This document shows, in pieces, positions 7,858 through 17,017 of a DNA stretch of 64,000 nucleotides. This DNA comes from an uncultured Acidobacteriota bacterium (lineage in GTDB: Bacteria; Actinomycetota; Acidimicrobiia; Acidimicrobiales; SHLQ01), in contig CAVTAI010000003.1 in NCBI GenBank assembly GCA_963732655.1, forward strand, positions 4,940 through 68,939. The letters run 5' to 3'. A program made the position numbers and the translations under genes. Each line of letters opens with the position of its first letter. Within the stretch, counting starts at the first letter, position 1. The notes under the pieces are model-generated. The model was not told the DNA's origin, made no database searches, and saw only the letters and a program-made list of their open reading frames with translations.

Positions 7858-8424
7858 ATGCGGGGGTGGGAAGCTGGTCCCGTGGACCGCGCGGATGAGC
7901 TCGCCCACCCTGGCCTGGTGGACCGATGGGAGCTGCACGGAACCGACGCGTCCGAGGAGCTGACCATCGACGTCGTGCTCATCCTCGATGCCGGGCGAGC
8001 GGGCGTCGGCATCGTCATCGAACGAGCGGGTGAGATGCTGGCGGTGATCGACCCCACGCTGGCGCCGCCGCGGTCGTCCGGTTTGGAAGTGCGGGGCCCG
8101 GGGCTCTGGCTCGACCTCTCGGTGGGCGAACCGCTCACCCAGGTGACGGTCGCAGTCGAGGCGTTCGGGGTGATGCTCGACGGCCGATGCGACCTCGGTC
8201 CCGAGGCCCGTGGCGTCGTCATTCCGCTCGGGATGGACCTCGACTGGGTCGTGGCGACGGACGGTGCCGAACCCGAGCTGTGGACCGGCGACAGCTATCA
8301 CGTCGACTGTGATGTGGTGGGGGAGCTGACCCTCGGAGACCAGCGAATCGACGTGCTCGGTTCCGGGTGGCGCACCCATCGGTGGGGTGATGGCTCCGAG
8401 GGCGCGGAGCTGTGGGCGCTATGA
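7858..8424 (+). CDS. Hypothetical protein, 188 aa
   Basis: Strong G/C third-position bias in this frame. The overlapping minus-strand ORFs look like shadows. No motif recognised. Confidence 0.6.
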   Translation: MRGWEAGPVDRADELAHPGLVDRWELHGTDASEELTIDVVLILDAGRAGVGIVIERAGEMLAVIDPTLAPPRSSGLEVRGPGLWLDLSVGEPLTQVTVAVEAFGVMLDGRCDLGPEARGVVIPLGMDLDWVVATDGAEPELWTGDSYHVDCDVVGELTLGDQRIDVLGSGWRTHRWGDGSEGAELWAL

Positions 8425-8430
8425 GCATCA

Positions 8431-8459
8431 CCCTCACTCGCTCGCTTCGCTCCCTCCGT
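8431..8459. repeat. 29-bp intergenic repeat CCCTCACTCGCTCGCTTCGCTCCCTCCGT, copy 1 (copy 2 at 41697..41725)
   Basis: 28 of 29 positions are identical between the copies. Both start 7-8 nt after the stop codon of a plus-strand gene. Confidence 0.6.
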
Positions 8460-8466
8460 GCACCGG

Positions 8467-9360
8467 TCAGACGAAACGCTCGACGAACGCCACGATGTCG
8501 TCGACCGCCGAGACCGCTTCCGGATAGGCGGGGTACGCGAGATGCCACACGTGAGGCATCTCGGGATACTCCCGGATGGTGACATCGACTCCCGCTTCCT
8601 GGGCTCGGCGGGCGAGCTGCCGGGCGTCGTCGAGCAGCACCTCGTGATCACCGATGTGGATCAACAGCGGAGGGAGATCGTGCAGGTCGGCCAGGTCCGC
8701 CAGGCCCGGGGACGCGAACTTGTGGGTCGGGTCCGTGCCGGCCAGGTAGGCCTCGGCGGCATCGGAGGCGCTCTGGAAGGAGAACAAGCGATCCTTGTCG
8801 GCGCGGGTCGTGTACGACTCGACCGAGTTCGTGAGGTCGGCCCACGGCGACAGACACACGCCGCCGGCCGGACGAGGAAGACCTGAATCCGCGGCGGCCA
8901 GCATCACGGCCACGGTGAGCCCGCCGCCCGCCGAATCGCCGGCGAGGATGATCGAACCGGGCTCGGTGTTGTCGAGCACCGCCCGGTACACGGCGACGGC
9001 ATCATCGACCGCGGCGGGGAACGGGTGCTCGGGGGCCAACCGGTAGTCCACCACCACCACGCGGGCCGAGAGGCGATCAGCGAGGTGAGCGCCGAATCCG
9101 CCGTGGGACTTCGGTCCGCCGATGCGGTAGCCGCCGCCGTGCAGATAGATGACCGTGACCTTGGGATCGGCGACTGTCAGATCCAGCACCGGTACGCCAC
9201 CGAGCTCGGTGACGGCGCCGACCGACACCCCGTCCGGGGGCGAGAGCGGCGGTGACATGGAGTCGACTCGCGCCCGGTACTCCTGCACGGTCGCCGGCGG
9301 CGGTGCGACCGGCCGAGCGGCCATGATCTCCTGGAGAGCGTGAAATTCTTTGCTGGCCAT
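8467..9360 (-). CDS. Alpha/beta hydrolase, hormone-sensitive-lipase-like esterase family
   Basis: HGGG oxyanion motif (IYLHGGGY) and nucleophile elbow GDSAGG. 297 aa. Confidence 0.88.
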   Translation of the reverse strand: MASKEFHALQEIMAARPVAPPPATVQEYRARVDSMSPPLSPPDGVSVGAVTELGGVPVLDLTVADPKVTVIYLHGGGYRIGGPKSHGGFGAHLADRLSARVVVVDYRLAPEHPFPAAVDDAVAVYRAVLDNTEPGSIILAGDSAGGGLTVAVMLAAADSGLPRPAGGVCLSPWADLTNSVESYTTRADKDRLFSFQSASDAAEAYLAGTDPTHKFASPGLADLADLHDLPPLLIHIGDHEVLLDDARQLARRAQEAGVDVTIREYPEMPHVWHLAYPAYPEAVSAVDDIVAFVERFV

Positions 9361-9390
9361 CAGTGATCCTCGACGGGTTGGGGCTTGCGG

Positions 9391-10122
9391 TCAGGGGGTG
9401 AGGGAGACCCAGGCGGCGGCGGTTGCCGCGTCGCCCAGGATCTCGACGGGGGCGGCGGTCGGGCGCCTCCACAGGTAGAGGAACAGATCGCTCGCCGAGC
9501 CTCGTACGGCGGCATCGCCCTTGGCGTGTTCGTGGGTCACGACGATGTCACCACCTGCCGAACGGATCAACCATTCGCCGTGGCCGTCCGTGCAGTGGAG
9601 ATGCAGCGAGGTCGACGGGGGCGGGGTGGTCGGTTCGCCGTGCTGGTGACGCCAGCCGATTTCGATGACTTCGTCGATCCCGTCCACGGCGAGCTCCCGT
9701 GCGACCGCGGTCGCGTCGCCCCGGGCGGCGAGTTGAGCGTCGACCAGATGTACCGCGGTTTCCATGGCCATGCGTCGATGGAAGAAGCCGGAATGTTGAG
9801 GCTCACCCCAGGTCCACATCGGCGTGGCGGTGCCCGCGACGGCCAGCGAGGCGATGAGTCGGGTGAAGCGCTCGTTGAGCCAGGCGACGACGGCGGCCGT
9901 GTCGCCGTCGGGGATCGTCGCTTCCGGGGGCATCTCGAAGCCGGTCGGTCGTGTGTCGACGGTGTGGGTGACCAAGGCCCACACCATCCCGACATGGCCG
10001 GCGAGCGCCGTGAGGTCCCAGCCCGGGCACGACGGGACCGCGGCGGCCGGCGATGCGGCGACGGCCGCGATCAGCGCCTCACCGTCGGTGCGGAGGTGGT
10101 CGAGGTAGACGATCTCGCTCAC
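9391..10122 (-). CDS. Maleylpyruvate-isomerase-family mycothiol-dependent enzyme (DinB/MDMPI fold)
   Basis: Start re-set to GTG 10122..10120, a GTGA overlap with the upstream stop at 10119..10121. VSEIVYLDHLRTDGEALIAAV...CPGWDLTALAGHVG is typical of the MDMPI N-terminal domain. The track's longer N-terminus would overlap the upstream gene. Confidence 0.8.
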   Translation of the reverse strand: MSEIVYLDHLRTDGEALIAAVAASPAAAVPSCPGWDLTALAGHVGMVWALVTHTVDTRPTGFEMPPEATIPDGDTAAVVAWLNERFTRLIASLAVAGTATPMWTWGEPQHSGFFHRRMAMETAVHLVDAQLAARGDATAVARELAVDGIDEVIEIGWRHQHGEPTTPPPSTSLHLHCTDGHGEWLIRSAGGDIVVTHEHAKGDAAVRGSASDLFLYLWRRPTAAPVEILGDAATAAAWVSLTP

Positions 10123-10982
10123 GAGATCTTGAGCACCTTGGCGGCGTTGCCGCGGAGGAACTTGGGCCACACCTCGTCCTTGAACCCGACACCGGGCATG
10201 TCGCCCATGATCCTTTCCAGGGAGAGGCCCATGGGGAAGTAACCGGCGTAGATGACCTTGTCGGCGCCGCGGGTGTTGGCGTAGTCGATGACGGCTTTGG
10301 GGTAGTGCTTGGGGGCGAACGCCGAGGTGGAGTAGTAGAGGTTGGGCCACTTGAGCATGAGTTTGACGGCGAGGGCTTCCCAGGGTTCGCAGCCGTGGCG
10401 GGTGACGAAGACGAGTTCGGGGAAGTCGTACATGACCCGGTCGATGCGCTCGACGTGCTGGCACGCGAACGGGAACCTCGGCCCGGGGATGCCCGCACAG
10501 ACGAAGATCGGGATGTCGAGCTCACAGCACTTCGCGTAGTACGGGTAGAACTTGGCGTCGTCGATCGGCACCTGCGGGAAGCAGCCCGCGGGGAAGGCGC
10601 CGACGGCACGGATACCGAACTCCTCGTAGTCCCGCACCATCTGGCGGATGCCGTCCATCCCCTGGTTGGGGTCGACGTTGCCGCTGGCCAGGAAGCGGTC
10701 AGGGTGGCTCTTGAGGGCTTTCTGGCTGACCTCGTCGCGGCAGCCGACCAGGCCGATGGCGATGCCGTATTTGTCCATCTGGTGCAGCGTGACCGAGACG
10801 GGATCATCGGTGCCGTAGAGCTCCTTGGGCACATGCTTGAACATGTATTCGACCGGGAAGTCGAACTCTTCGTTCGACTGCTTGTCCTTGGTCTGCTTCC
10901 GGATGAAGTCGTACTGCGAGAAATCGCTGGCCGGGAAGCCGATCATGCAGTCGATGATCCCGACGTCGGTGGGCATACCCAT
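10119..10982 (-). CDS. Amidohydrolase-2 family protein (ACMSD-like metal-dependent hydrolase/decarboxylase)
   Basis: 287 aa. The overall pattern (..DCMIGFP.., ..FVTRHGCEPW.., ..YYSTSAF..) resembles amidohydrolase-2 proteins. Family-level call only. Confidence 0.8.
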   Translation of the reverse strand: MGMPTDVGIIDCMIGFPASDFSQYDFIRKQTKDKQSNEEFDFPVEYMFKHVPKELYGTDDPVSVTLHQMDKYGIAIGLVGCRDEVSQKALKSHPDRFLASGNVDPNQGMDGIRQMVRDYEEFGIRAVGAFPAGCFPQVPIDDAKFYPYYAKCCELDIPIFVCAGIPGPRFPFACQHVERIDRVMYDFPELVFVTRHGCEPWEALAVKLMLKWPNLYYSTSAFAPKHYPKAVIDYANTRGADKVIYAGYFPMGLSLERIMGDMPGVGFKDEVWPKFLRGNAAKVLKIS

Positions 10983-11030
10983 GAGTGAGGCTCTCTTTCG
11001 TGACAGGTGAACAGCTGGATGGGGCGATCG

Positions 11031-12233
11031 TCACGCGGCCTGCGCCGACCGCGGCGTGACGAGCGAGCGGGCGTTGTGGCGCATGACGTCCTGGAGTTGG
11101 GCGTCGTCGAGGAAGGGGACGTCGTGGATGAAGGCCGAGGGGTCGGCGAGACCTTCGGCGTGAGGCCAGTCGGAGCCGAACAGGACGTGGTCGGTTCCGA
11201 TGCACTCGGCGATGCGCTCGATGTCGTCCTCGTAGTACGGCGACACCCAGACGTGCTTCTGGAAGGTCTCCACTGGGTTCTCGGCGAACGCCTGGGGCAT
11301 CTTGCCGAACGCGATCTCCAGCTCGTGGAGCAGGTGAGGGACGAACGACCCACCGTTCTCGATCGACGCCAGGCGGAGGTTGGGGTGGCGGGCAAACAGA
11401 CCGTGGCAGATCAGGGCGGCGAACGTGTCGCCGATCTGGCGCTCGTGGGTGACGACCATGTTGAACGCTGACGAGACAAACGCCTGCATGGCGTCCATGC
11501 GCTCCCACCGGTTGATGTACTCGCGCATTCCACCGTCACCCCCGTGGATGCCCACCGTGATACCGGCTTCGTTGATGCAGGCCCAGACGGGATCGAACAT
11601 CTCGTTCGCGGGCGAGATCGAACCACCGTCGGCCAGGGGGACGGGACCTGGAACCATGCACACGAGCGTGGCGCCCTGATCGAGGGCCCACTCGACTTCC
11701 GCGACGGCCGAGTCGACGTCGGCGAGGGTGATGACCGGCGCGGCGAAGATGCGGCCGTCGGCGCCGAAACCCCAATCTTCGAGCAGCCACCGGTTGAGTC
11801 CGGAGAAGGCGGCCACCGCGGCGGGTATGTCGTGCGCCAGCGACTGCTGCATGCCCACGGCCAGGGTCGGGAAGAAGTACGCCGCCTCGACGCCCTGGTC
11901 GTCCATCACCTTCAGCCGCGCCTCGCGGTGGAGGTATTCGGGATGATCGGCCAGCGGCTCGAGCTCGCCGAACATGGTCTTCACATCGATGCCACCGGTG
12001 TTCTTGCCCCGGAAGTAGTCGTCGAGCGAGCCCGGCCGGGCGATGGGATCCCAGGTCGGGTTGGGGATGAAGCGGTTGATCTGGCCCCCGACGAGCAGGC
12101 GGCGCTTACCGTTGATGTCGGCCCACTGCATGCACCGCTTGCGCATGTCCGGGGCGACGTGACGGATGAACGCATCGGGAGCCTCGTAGTAGTGCTGGTC
12201 GGCGTCGAACATCGGGAAATCGACCTGGCTCAT
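11031..12233 (-). CDS. Amidohydrolase-2 family protein
   Basis: Start re-set to ATG 12233..12231 (MSQVDFPMFDADQHYYE...). DADQH at the N-terminus and WPH near the C-terminus (FGSDWPHAEG) are typical of the family. Confidence 0.8.
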   Translation of the reverse strand: MSQVDFPMFDADQHYYEAPDAFIRHVAPDMRKRCMQWADINGKRRLLVGGQINRFIPNPTWDPIARPGSLDDYFRGKNTGGIDVKTMFGELEPLADHPEYLHREARLKVMDDQGVEAAYFFPTLAVGMQQSLAHDIPAAVAAFSGLNRWLLEDWGFGADGRIFAAPVITLADVDSAVAEVEWALDQGATLVCMVPGPVPLADGGSISPANEMFDPVWACINEAGITVGIHGGDGGMREYINRWERMDAMQAFVSSAFNMVVTHERQIGDTFAALICHGLFARHPNLRLASIENGGSFVPHLLHELEIAFGKMPQAFAENPVETFQKHVWVSPYYEDDIERIAECIGTDHVLFGSDWPHAEGLADPSAFIHDVPFLDDAQLQDVMRHNARSLVTPRSAQAA

Positions 12234-12417
12234 GGTGCTGCTCCTCGGGTGACGTGCCGGTGCCGTGGGGGAGGCTACGTGGCGGCTCGGTGTGCGCACC
12301 AGACGGGGCCTCGGGCCGGGCGGCCGCCGGGCTGCCTTGCACTCCGGGAGGCGTACGGTCAGACTGCGGGACCACACGTGTCATCCGACACACCACTCGA
12401 TCCGGGGGGATTTCTCA

Positions 12418-13920
12418 ATGAAACGTTCGCGATGGTTGGTGGCATTCGCCGCTCTAGCTCTGGTCGCCGCCGCGTGCGGCGACGACGATGACGACGCCGC
12501 GCCGACCGACGACGTCGCGACCGAGACCACCGCTGCGCCGGAGACCACCGTCGCTGCAGGAGGCGACGAGGAGCTCGATGGCGGTGGCGATGCTGAGCTC
12601 GACGGGGGCGGCGACACCTCGACCACCGTGGCTGCCGGCGACGACCCCTGCGAGGGTGTGACCCTCGAGGCGACCGAGACCGGCATCTCCGCCGACACCA
12701 TCACCGTGCTGGTGATGGCCGATGTTGGCTCCGAACTGGCGCCCGGGCTGTTCCAGGGTTCGATCGACGGTACGAAGGCGTGGGCCGAGACCGTCAACGC
12801 CAACGGGGGCCTCGCCTGCCGTCAGATCGAGGTCCTCGAATGGGACTCCGCCATCAACCCGACCGAGACCACCAACGGCTTCCTGGAGGGGTGCGACAAC
12901 GCCTTCGCCATGGTGGGGTCGAACGCGCTGTTCGTACTCGACGCCACGGCGCTCAACACCTGCCCCGACGCCGCCGGCAACCCGACCGGCATCCCGGATC
13001 TGCCGGCGTTGGCGGTCAGCAACGTCCACCAGTGCTCCGCCAACGTGTTCCCCGGTGGTCCGGTGTCCGGCCACTGCCCGTACAGCGGCACCGGTCCGCG
13101 TGACTATTCGTCCATGGTGGGAGCCATCCAGTGGGTGCACGACAACGTGCTCGGTGGCGAGCCGACGAGAGGCTTGTACCTGGTCCCGTCCGACCTGCCG
13201 ACGACCATCGAATCCTCCATGGCTCTGGTGGAAGCCCACAACATCCTCGGGATCGACACCACCGGCGGCGAGTTCGGCGTGAGCGGTAGTGACGAGCAGG
13301 CGACCTACGGGCAGTACGTCCAGTTCCTCGCCGACACTGGGGCGACGTGGGCGTACGGCGGGTCGAACGATCAGGCCATGCTCAAGTTGCGGCGGGAGGC
13401 TGCGGCTCAGGGCCTCGACCAGTCGACGATCCAGTGGGTGTGCTCGCTGGCCTGCTACACGCCCGATTTCATCGAGCAGGGCGGAGCCGAGGCCGAGGGC
13501 ACCTACGTCAACATGCAGTTCCTGCCCTTCAACGAGACGGACAGCAACGAGGAGCTGGCCACGTTCATCGACGCCATGGGCGATCCGTTCCCGCCGTCGT
13601 GGGCCGCCAACGCCTGGGTCGCCGGCCGGCTCTTCGAGGAAGCGGTCACCGCCATCGTGGCCGAGTCCGGTCCCAACGGCTTGACCCGTGAGGCCTTGCT
13701 GGCCCAGCTCGCCACGGTCGAGAGCTTCGACGCCAACGGCTGGTACGGCACGCTGGACTACACGGCCGAAGCGTCGATCAGCAGCTGCTATGTGCTGCTG
13801 CAGGTGCAAGACGGTGAGTACGTGCGGGTCCACCCCGAGGAGCCCGGCACGCTCGACTGCGACGAGGGCAACCTCTTGGCCGTCGACCAGCTCGACGCCG
13901 CGGTCCGCTTCGGCGGCTGA
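12418..13920 (+). CDS. ABC transporter substrate-binding lipoprotein, branched-chain-amino-acid (LivJ/PBP type 1) family
   Basis: Start re-set to ATG 12418 with GGGGGGA upstream. Signal peptide plus lipobox LVAAAC, acidic low-complexity linker, then a PBP1-like body. First gene of the ABC operon. Confidence 0.85.
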   Translation: MKRSRWLVAFAALALVAAACGDDDDDAAPTDDVATETTAAPETTVAAGGDEELDGGGDAELDGGGDTSTTVAAGDDPCEGVTLEATETGISADTITVLVMADVGSELAPGLFQGSIDGTKAWAETVNANGGLACRQIEVLEWDSAINPTETTNGFLEGCDNAFAMVGSNALFVLDATALNTCPDAAGNPTGIPDLPALAVSNVHQCSANVFPGGPVSGHCPYSGTGPRDYSSMVGAIQWVHDNVLGGEPTRGLYLVPSDLPTTIESSMALVEAHNILGIDTTGGEFGVSGSDEQATYGQYVQFLADTGATWAYGGSNDQAMLKLRREAAAQGLDQSTIQWVCSLACYTPDFIEQGGAEAEGTYVNMQFLPFNETDSNEELATFIDAMGDPFPPSWAANAWVAGRLFEEAVTAIVAESGPNGLTREALLAQLATVESFDANGWYGTLDYTAEASISSCYVLLQVQDGEYVRVHPEEPGTLDCDEGNLLAVDQLDAAVRFGG

Positions 13921-13930
13921 CGACATCTAC

Positions 13931-13959
13931 GGGAGGGTCGCCACCGGGGCGATCCTCCC
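13931..13959 (+). promoter_or_regulatory. Intercistronic stem-loop between the SBP and permease genes
   Basis: GGGAGGGTCGCC (13931..13942), loop ACCGG, GGCGATCCTCCC (13948..13959). 12-bp stem with one G-U position. No U tract follows. Confidence 0.5.
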
Positions 13960-13986
13960 TCCGTCGTGTAGAGGCTTGGAGGACCG

Positions 13987-16251
13987 GTGAAGATCAGACG
14001 TTCAGTGCTGTACACGATCGCGGTCAGCGCCGTGCTGGCGATCTATCCCGTATCCAAGGGCTGGAACGGCGGGCTGTCGTGGAGCTCGGGCATCACCGCG
14101 TTGTTGATCGGGCTGTCGATCGGTGCCCTGTACGCGATGTACGCCACCGGTCTGGTCGTGGTCTACACCACCACGGGCATCTTCAACTTTTCGCAAGGGG
14201 CGATCGGGGTCTTCGCGGCGTTCCTGTATTGGCAGCTGCGTGTCGAGTGGGGATGGCACGCCATCCCGGCCCTGTTGGTGTCGGTGCTGCTGTTCGGGCC
14301 GGTGCTCGGCGTGGTGCTCGACATCGGGTTGATGCGACGACTGCAGAAGGCACCTCTGGTCAACCAGCTCATGGTCACGGTCGGCCTGATGGTCTTCCTA
14401 CTCGCCCTCACCGGTCAGATCTGGAAGCAGGACGAGGCCCGGCGGTTCGATCCCTTCTTCGGCAATGAGGGGTTCTCGCTCGGTCCGGCCAACGTGACCT
14501 GGCACCGGTTCATCGTGTTCTGCGTGGCCATCTCGGTGGCCGTCAGCCTGCGCATCCTGTTCGCCTCCCGGCTGGGTGTGGCCATGCGAGCCGTGGTGGA
14601 CAACCGAGAGCTGGCCGGCCTGGCCGGGGCTCGACCGGGCCTGGTGTCGTCGACCGCATGGGCGATCGGCGCCAGTCTGGGCGCGCTCGCCGGCATCCTC
14701 ATCGCTCCCGAGATCCAGCTCGATCCCGCCAACCTCAACATCGTCATCGTGTGGGGCTTTGCCGCTGCCGCCGTCGGTCAGCTGCGAAGCCTGCCCCTGG
14801 CTCTCGGCGGTGCCTTGTTCCTGGGCGTCTCCAAGCAGTTCATCTCGCAGTTCCTGAGCTGGGGCAGCGACTGGAACTTCGTGCCCGAGGCGTGGGCATC
14901 GCTCGTGTTGTTCGCGGTCGTGCTCGCTCTCCCTCAGGCCCGACTCGATATCGGCCGGGTCGGCCATGGCCTCAAGAAGGTCCAACGACTGTCCCGGCCG
15001 TGGGAATCCGCCGTCGGCGCGGTCGCCTTGGTCGTGGGTGTCGTGGCGCTGTCGGGTGGTTGGCTCAATCTCGGGATCTGGGATCCGGGCCCCTGGAGCC
15101 AAGCGAATCTCAACTCGGCCAACGGCGCCCTGGCCATCGCCTTCATCGGATTGTCCCTCGTGCCGCTGACCGGGTGGGCGGGCCAGATCAACCTGGCGCC
15201 GATCGCCTTCGCAGGCTTCGGGACGTTCCTGTACCTCGAGTTGCCGAGCGGCGACTCGGGCAACTTCCTGTGGCTTTTCGTCATCGGGTTGTTGTGCGCG
15301 CCCCTGGGGGCGTTGGTCGCCCTGCCTTTTGCCCGGCTGCGCGGGCTGTACCTCGCCTTGGGGTCGATGGCCTTCGCCCACGGCATGTCGAAGCTGTTCT
15401 TCCCCCACCCCGACATCATTCCGAATTCGACGGTCACGATCCCATACCTCTCGGTGTTCGGATGGCGGCTCGACGACCGCCGGACCTTCCTGATCGCCGA
15501 GGTCGTCTTCCTGGGTCTGGCGATCGTCGGGCTCACCGCGCTGCGGCGAACGCGGTACGGCCGGCGGTGGGTCGCCCTCAACGACAGTCCGGCGGCCTCG
15601 GCCACGATTGGCGTCGGCGTGATCGAGACCAAGCTGGTCGTCTATGCCTTTGCCGCCGCTGTCGCGGGCATCGGTGGAGCGATCAACACCGTCGCCCTGC
15701 AATCGGTCGACGGCACGCGAGGGTTCGACATGCTGGCCGGCCTTGGCATCGTGTTGCTGATGGCGGCCGGCGGGCTGGCGCGGCCGGCGGCGGCGCTGTT
15801 CACCATGTTCATCCCGGTGAACCGAGCACTGGCCCAGCGCTACGAGCAGCTGGGCAACCAGAACGAGCTGCTGTGGGTCCAGAAGAAGATGCAGGCGCTG
15901 GGAGTCGGCCTGGCCTCGATCGGCATGGCGTTCCGTCCCCACGGCGCCGTGGTCGACCTGGGTGGCCGGTTCGCACCGCGACTGCCGTGGCGCAGCGATG
16001 CCCGGGCGGAGCTGCGAGCCGAGAAGGCGGCGGCTCGGGTGTCGGAGATCGGCGAGCTCGGCCTGCACCGGCCGTTCACACCCGAGGACGTGATCGCTCT
16101 CGACCGCGAGCTCGGGATCGTCGATGACGTGGCACCAGTCGACGGGTACCCGGGCTCGTCGTCGATGCTCTTGTCAGAAGCCCGTCGCAAGGGCACCGGC
16201 GTAGTCATCTCGACGGAGGAGGTGGCGCGTGAGCACGCTGCGAGCCATTGA
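13987..16251 (+). CDS. Fused branched-chain amino acid ABC transporter permease (LivH-like plus LivM-like halves)
   Basis: 754 aa, many TM segments, two permease modules in a single ORF, GTG start. Confidence 0.9.
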   Translation: MKIRRSVLYTIAVSAVLAIYPVSKGWNGGLSWSSGITALLIGLSIGALYAMYATGLVVVYTTTGIFNFSQGAIGVFAAFLYWQLRVEWGWHAIPALLVSVLLFGPVLGVVLDIGLMRRLQKAPLVNQLMVTVGLMVFLLALTGQIWKQDEARRFDPFFGNEGFSLGPANVTWHRFIVFCVAISVAVSLRILFASRLGVAMRAVVDNRELAGLAGARPGLVSSTAWAIGASLGALAGILIAPEIQLDPANLNIVIVWGFAAAAVGQLRSLPLALGGALFLGVSKQFISQFLSWGSDWNFVPEAWASLVLFAVVLALPQARLDIGRVGHGLKKVQRLSRPWESAVGAVALVVGVVALSGGWLNLGIWDPGPWSQANLNSANGALAIAFIGLSLVPLTGWAGQINLAPIAFAGFGTFLYLELPSGDSGNFLWLFVIGLLCAPLGALVALPFARLRGLYLALGSMAFAHGMSKLFFPHPDIIPNSTVTIPYLSVFGWRLDDRRTFLIAEVVFLGLAIVGLTALRRTRYGRRWVALNDSPAASATIGVGVIETKLVVYAFAAAVAGIGGAINTVALQSVDGTRGFDMLAGLGIVLLMAAGGLARPAAALFTMFIPVNRALAQRYEQLGNQNELLWVQKKMQALGVGLASIGMAFRPHGAVVDLGGRFAPRLPWRSDARAELRAEKAAARVSEIGELGLHRPFTPEDVIALDRELGIVDDVAPVDGYPGSSSMLLSEARRKGTGVVISTEEVAREHAASH

Positions 16252-16968
16252 CGTCGACGTACGATTCGGCGGCCTGCAGGCGCTCTCGTCGGCCTCGCTT
16301 GCCGTCGATCCCGGCGCGTGACCGGGCTGATCGGCCCGAACGGCGCCGGCAAGACGACATTGTTCAACGTCATCACCGGACTCCAGCCGCCGACGGCCGG
16401 ACGCATCGTCGTCGAGGACGGTGGATCGACGACGGACCTCACCGACAAGCCGGTGCACCGACGCACCCGTGCCGGTATCGCCCGTACGTTCCAGAAGCTC
16501 GAAGCCTTCAACAGCCTCAGCGCCTTCGACAACGTGGTCGTGGCGGCCGAGATGCGGCGCCGGTGGGACACCTCAGGTCCCAAGCCGGCCGTCGAGGCCA
16601 TGCAGATCCTGGAATCGGTGGGCATCGCGGACGTCGCTCCCATCACCGTGGGGACGTTGCCGACGGGAACCGCTCGCCTCGTCGAGCTGGCCCGCGCCCT
16701 GGCCAGCCGGCCCCGCTTCCTACTGCTGGACGAGCCGTCCTCCGGACTCAACGAGGACGAGACGCGCGAGATGTCGGCCCTGTTGCGGCGCCTGGCGAGC
16801 GATGGGCTGGCCGTGCTCCTGGTCGAGCACGACATGGCGTTCGTCATGGGGCTGTGCGAGTACATCCACGTGCTCGACTTCGGGCATGTCATCGCCACCG
16901 GCACCCCGGAAGCCGTGCAGCAGGACCCGGCCGTGAAGGCCGCCTACCTGGGGGCGGACGCCGCATGA
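16229..16968 (+). pseudogene. LivG-type ABC transporter ATP-binding protein, interrupted by a 1-nt frameshift near 16318
   Basis: Frame 2 from GTG 16229 gives VSTLRAIDVDVRFGGLQALSSASLAVDPGA, then TGA at 16319..16321. Frame 1 from 16318 gives VTGLIGPNGAGKTT (Walker A)...LLLDEPSSGLN (Walker B). The joined sequence has canonical spacing. Confidence 0.85.
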
Positions 16969-17017
16969 GGTGCAGAGAGCTCGTCGCCGAGACAGGCGAC
17001 ATGGCGGTGGGTCGGCG

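Noticed and set aside
12454-13926. 490-aa minus-strand ORF over the ABC binding-protein gene. The same situation applies at 14398..16068, 24706..26577, 28813..30336, 34993..36648, 53817..55478, 21231..22409, 18220..19611 and 48944..50629
   Set aside because: Each lies antisense to, or out of frame with, a gene with strong family motifs. Each shows the G/R/D/V/H-rich composition typical of antisense frames in high-GC DNA.
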